Assembly (NCBI GenBank): GCA_001179505.1
Contig: CDMY01000185.1
Location: 1 to 64,000 of the forward strand
DNA from: Vitrella brassicaformis CCMP3155
Taxonomy: Eukaryota; Protista; Chromerida
Direction: 5' to 3'
DNA length: 64,000 nt
Of this stretch, positions 59,401-64,000 are shown piece by piece. The number at the start of each line of letters is the position of its first letter. The first letter of the stretch is position 1. Below the pieces are notes generated by a model. The model was not told the DNA's origin, made no database searches, and saw only the letters and a program-made list of their open reading frames with translations. The translations under genes and the position numbers were made by a program.

Positions 59401-62086
59401 ACCCCCAGTGAGCGGCGAACTTTGTCAGCAGCAGATGGTGGGTGGTGTGAGTGGATGAGGGGGCTGGGGTGGGTGTGCGAGACCTCCTGCTGATCCTCCA
59501 CCGCCACCCACTCACTGTCGTTTTGCTCCAGCTCGCTAGAGGTGGGCACGTGGATGGTCTTGCGGCGCATCTTGTTGCCCTGGCTCTTGGGCAAACACAC
59601 CACACTGACAGACAGAGGGAGGGAGGGGAAACACCACACATGAATCGATGGACTGGACGGATGGATGAAATGGCAAAGAATATGTGTGGGCGGGGCGCGC
59701 CTGCGTACGTTGCGGCCGAGTGGATTTGTGCCGCCAGCTGGGCGATGTGCGCCTCCAAACGCGACCTGCAGACGGACAAACGCAGCGGTGTGCAATGAAG
59801 TCGGCTGGCATCCTCGCGAGTCACCTTTCCTCTCGTAGCTTGGAGTTCTCATCCGTGAGGTTCTGAATCTTCTCTACCTGCACCCCATCCACAAGACAAC
59901 ACACATCCCACGGATCGGAGCGCGGGTGGCCAACCACGCAGCCACTTACCCCGTATTTGTCATTGAGCTGCTGCCGGAGGACTCTGATCTCACCCTTGAG
60001 CTGCTTGATGGCCGACTGCTCGTCGTCAGCAAAGATGTTCACCTGACACACACATAGACATTCATGTGGATACGTGGGCGTCCAGGAGCCCTCTGTGCTG
60101 ATTCGCGCACTTTGGGTTTGTTGGTGATGGCCTTGGCACGGAGTGCGAACTCTAGTGTCCTGACAGAAAATCGAAATGAAGGCCGTTTGGCTGCAGCGGA
60201 TGTGTTGATGTGGGGGCCTCGGGCGGGCGCCTACTTTTTGCTCTCGCTGTAGCATGTGCTAGATGGCGACACCGTGCAGATGACGGCCGTCCTCGCGTTG
60301 CCGCCGATGGAGTTCTGCAGCAGCCGGGTGATCTTGGAGTCGCGGAAATTCACAAACGTCGACTTCTCCTGTCAACGCATACATAAACCATGCCCCCTTC
60401 CTCCATATGTGTGTGTGTGTGTGTGTGTTGCACACCCCACCCTCTGACCATTTTGTTTTTGGCTTGTTCGAGAGTGCTGAGTTGTTCGATGACCCTGGAG
60501 AGCGCCAGGAGGCTCTTGTTGATGTTGCCCCCCTCCCTCTTGCGCTCATCAGCCGTCTGGGCCTTGCTCACATTCTCGGATCCTGACCGAAGGGAAAAAC
60601 GGATAGATAGAAATGCGGGCTGTGTGTCTTCTGCGTCGTGACGTACCTGCGAGGTCGACCAGGTTGAGGAGACCCACCCGAACCGTCCTGTCGATGTCGC
60701 ACGCACCCAACTCCTCATCGTCCGCCTGAGTATAACGCACACACAGTACAGACACGTGGCTGGGGTGGGCGAATGGGTGCGTGGGAGGCGGGGAGAGAGA
60801 GGACTCACTCACCTGCAGGTGTCTTGATTCGATGCGGAGTCTGAGGATGGTGTGAGCGCGAGACGACCGCTCGTTGAGGTTGGTCGCCGCTATGTGCTTC
60901 ATCTTGTCACCCAGCTCACTTAATGAATGCAATTCATCCATGAAGGAGGACAGACAGCAGTGAGTGGACTGACTTGATGGGCGGCGAATGCAATGCAGAT
61001 GTGAGCTTACAGCAGCTGGAAGACGTCATCGCTGCACGTGATTTTGGTCTCCTCCGCGTTCTGGACCGACACATCTGACCGACACAGACAGACACACCGG
61101 ACAGCAGCTTTGCCTTTGCCACCAGCAGTCCGCTTCGCTCTCCTCACCCACCTGCGCCCTGTCCGATGATTTGCAGCGTTTTCTTTGGTGTGTTTGGGCT
61201 CTGGGCCTCTGCGATGAGGTCAAACAACTGCTCGTTGTACACCTGAACAGAGGGAGGGGAAGTGGCACACCGGGGAGGGTGTGTTTGCATGGGTGTCGTG
61301 TAGGCGCTTCACCTCCAGGTATGACATGCTGACGAGGTATTCTCGCTGTCGGCACTCGTCGTCAGCCTGACGAACACCAGCAGATGCACAGATGCATGTG
61401 GAGAGATGAATGGGGAGTAAGTCAGTGGCGAAAATCGACCGACCTTGGCTATGAGTGCGAAGATCTCCTGAACGGCCCTCTGCACAATCCCCTTCACACA
61501 CTTGTCACCATTGCCTGCAAAGGACAGAACAACTCCACTGCCCGCCATTCTTCCCTTGCTGCCCCGCCGACCCACCCACCCATCATGGTATGCGTCTTGC
61601 CCGAGGCCGTCTGGCCGTACGCAAACACGGTGCCTGTGTGGACAGACGTGGCGTAATGAGGAACGCAACAAAAGGGCGCCTTGTCAGGATGTACCATTGA
61701 AGCCGAGTACGGCGGAGTGTACGATGTCCTTGACGAGCTCATCAAACACCTCATCGTTACTCGCGCTCTCCTCAAACACATGATCTGACCATACATACCA
61801 TAGGCAGGCACACCTGTTCACCCAATCCTCGTCGGCCGGATGTGTGTTCTTTCCTCATCCCGAGCTCACCGAATGCGTAAGATTCGTTGGATCTGAGGTT
61901 GATGATGGTCCGCCTGTCTGGGCTGTTGACGGTCCAGCACCTGCCCTTGCCGGCGTAGAGCGGCTGCTGCTCCAGCTCCCTCTCCTTGTCATTCAGCGGA
62001 CGGAACCTCACGGCTACATTGATGTTGCACGACTTGCCAGACGACGCATCCGCCAGGACTGTGGATGCCGATGCAGACCCATCCAT
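53059..62086 (-). CDS. Kinesin-7 (CENP-E-like) motor with a long coiled-coil tail, more than 30 exons
   Basis: [18 protein letters not shown]|[16 protein letters not shown] (P-loop), SYLE|[14 protein letters not shown] (switch I), LNLVDLAG|SE (switch II), [37 protein letters not shown] and [10 protein letters not shown]|VN. Confidence 0.93.
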
Positions 62087-62428
62087 GGCCACCCAATTGC
62101 CGCTCGCGCACTGCGAGCTTAGCTCTGTAAATCTATGGGGCAGCCAAAGTCCACAGATCGTCGTGGGGAGCGTAATGCAGCACGCAGCCGACCGGCAAAA
62201 GGAAGGGGTGAGGGACAGGAGGGACACGCACGTCTGTTTAAGTTGTTGTCTGTGCTTGTCTGCTTGACATTGTCTGTCTGACATGGGCGTCGTAGGGCGT
62301 CGACGTCTTTTCGCGTCATTAACTTGTCGACGCAACAGGTCGACGCAACAGGCAGGATACATTGTGTGCACAGCACTCTTGAGTATCAATGTCACATCCA
62401 AGACAACGCACGGAAACAACACCGATCC

Positions 62429-64000
62429 CTACCCCCACTGTCCCTCATCATCGGATATTGGTGTCGCTGTACGCGTTGAATCGACGTCTCTGTGCCGCCC
62501 CCTCCACAGCCGGTTCCCACCGCTTCGCCGCACAATCTGCCCAACGCCCTCCTTCCCTTTATAGCGTCGCTTATCACTGCCAATGAGCTGCATCACAGGC
62601 TGCGAAAAGTCGAAGACCTCACGGCTGAATTCAGGAGTCGACGGGGGGGTGGGAGGGGGGAAGGCAGATGGGGGGCAGCCGCGGTGCTGCGCTCTTGCCT
62701 GCTGGAGACCCATGGCCAGACTGCAGTCATTATTGAGAGAAGAAGCTGGGTGGGCACCACATATCAGCAATTGGCTGGTGTCTCTTGCTCACCTCAACTG
62801 GTAGACGTGTCTCTGGGGGAAAGTCATGTTGTGATGTTTGTGGGGCGTCTGTGGCGGGGGGGCAAATGATGGTGTGGCCATATCTGGCGAGAGGGTGACT
62901 GGAGATGAAGAAGTGGCCGACCAGACCTGACTGATGCTGCCAACTCGCGGAGAGCCTGTCATTGACAAACCACGCATATACACTTACATAGCCACATGTG
63001 ACAGCCGCATGTTATCGTTTTTCCTCCCTCTGTACCTGATGCACTTGACAGCTGGTCCCCTCCGCCCGTCTGTGTAGCCACCGATCTCGCCTTGCCGACG
63101 TAGCCGATGTCTGATAATCTCCGCTCCTCTTCCATCAATCCAGCAGCATTAAACACAGGCAGTCGCCCCTGCACTTGAACTCTTCTTGGAGGAAAGGGAG
63201 ATGGCCTGTCTAGGAATCTCTGTTGTCTCTCGCGGCCCGTTCGTGCCGGCGATGGGCGAGCTGGGCAAGTGGGGCAAGAGGCTTGACCGACTGAGGTCTC
63301 TTCAAGCCTGAGACAGGGGATTGTCCATCAAGCCATGAAAGGAGACGACACCGATATTTTGACATCATATCTCTTTGCCCAACCGACCTGCTGAGCATTT
63401 GCGGCATGATGCTGAGGAGCTGCTGTGTAATTGAATCCAACAGCGTCCTCATTTGGCTTCTCTCTTCTCGATCGAACGATGTTTGCTCCTGCAGCACCCG
63501 CAGCTGCTGGTCGATGCCGGCAAGTTTTGCGCTGACGATTGCACATAAGTGAAGGGCTTTTCCTTCGCATCCACCAGTATGTATGTCCGTGCTCTCACCG
63601 CAGTGCCCATCCTGTGTCTTCTTGCGGTAGCCCCAGACCAGGCTCGTCCCTCGAGCTGTCCCTGGCCGGTTTCCAATCTGCTGGGCGACCACTAAACAGC
63701 AGGCTTTCCTTCCCGTCTTGTGTCTCTTGCGGCGTTGTTGACGGACCGCAAGCCGGGCCGCAACCGCACACGGAACACGGATACAAAAGGTCATACGACG
63801 GTGTGAAACCTTGGGCCCCGGATCTTCCCTCAGGCTGAGCAGGGGCCTCGCCCTGATCAACAGGGCAAGAAGACGATAGAGACTCCTCAGAGAGCAGCCA
63901 CGCGCCATGCGGTGTGTGGTTCCGTGAGCAAAGGGGCTCCGCCACTTTCCGTGAGCAAAGGGGCTCCGCCACACTCCAGGACCACCCAGCAGAAGCCTTG
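62429..64000 (-). CDS. 3' portion of a hypothetical coiled-coil-containing protein (partial, boundaries uncertain)
   Basis: Coding-like exons AKLAGIDQQLRVLQEQTSFDREERSQMRTLLDSITQQLL and GLMEEERRLSDIGYVGKARS. Confidence 0.35.

Noticed and set aside
63920-63972. 27-bp tandem duplication (WRSPFAHG twice)
   Set aside because: A simple two-copy local slippage at the window edge with no context to interpret
1-64000. Hundreds of short six-frame ORFs rich in CVCV, THTH, WMDG and PSIH
   Set aside because: They are translations of (CA/TG)n and (TCCA/TGGA)n intron microsatellites or antisense shadows of GC-rich exons, not genes

Overview
Eukaryotic, GC-rich, very intron-dense DNA. The short GT-AG introns are packed with (CA)n, (TCCA)n and (GACA)n microsatellites, and there are three 300-N scaffold gaps. 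This style plus the alveolate-like GRP94 suggests a chromerid such as Vitrella brassicaformis (inference). About 20 spliced genes can be reconstructed by hand. Recognisable genes: a YheT-type alpha/beta hydrolase, an MFS transporter, GRP94/HSP90B1 ending in HDEL, glycine decarboxylase P protein, a TenA_E-type thiamine salvage enzyme, a TM+SPRY (Ssh4-like) protein, a Kelch protein, tRNA-Leu(UAG) and a CENP-E-like kinesin-7. Most interesting: (1) an intron-containing gene with an IS630/Tc1-mariner-type bipartite HTH (paired-like) domain but no DDE domain, a likely domesticated-transposase transcription factor; (2) a four-member family of secreted proteins, linked by motifs and shared intron phases, with a PPC-like domain and Asp-rich tracts; (3) an approximately 2.8 kb duplication of the kinesin 3' end plus downstream promoter, with a minisatellite at the breakpoint; (4) an ARM-like protein built from two homologous modules plus a RING; (5) recurrent telo-box motifs and very compact head-to-head promoters; (6) an array of four small conserved-loop hairpins. 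All gene models are manual predictions without transcript evidence.
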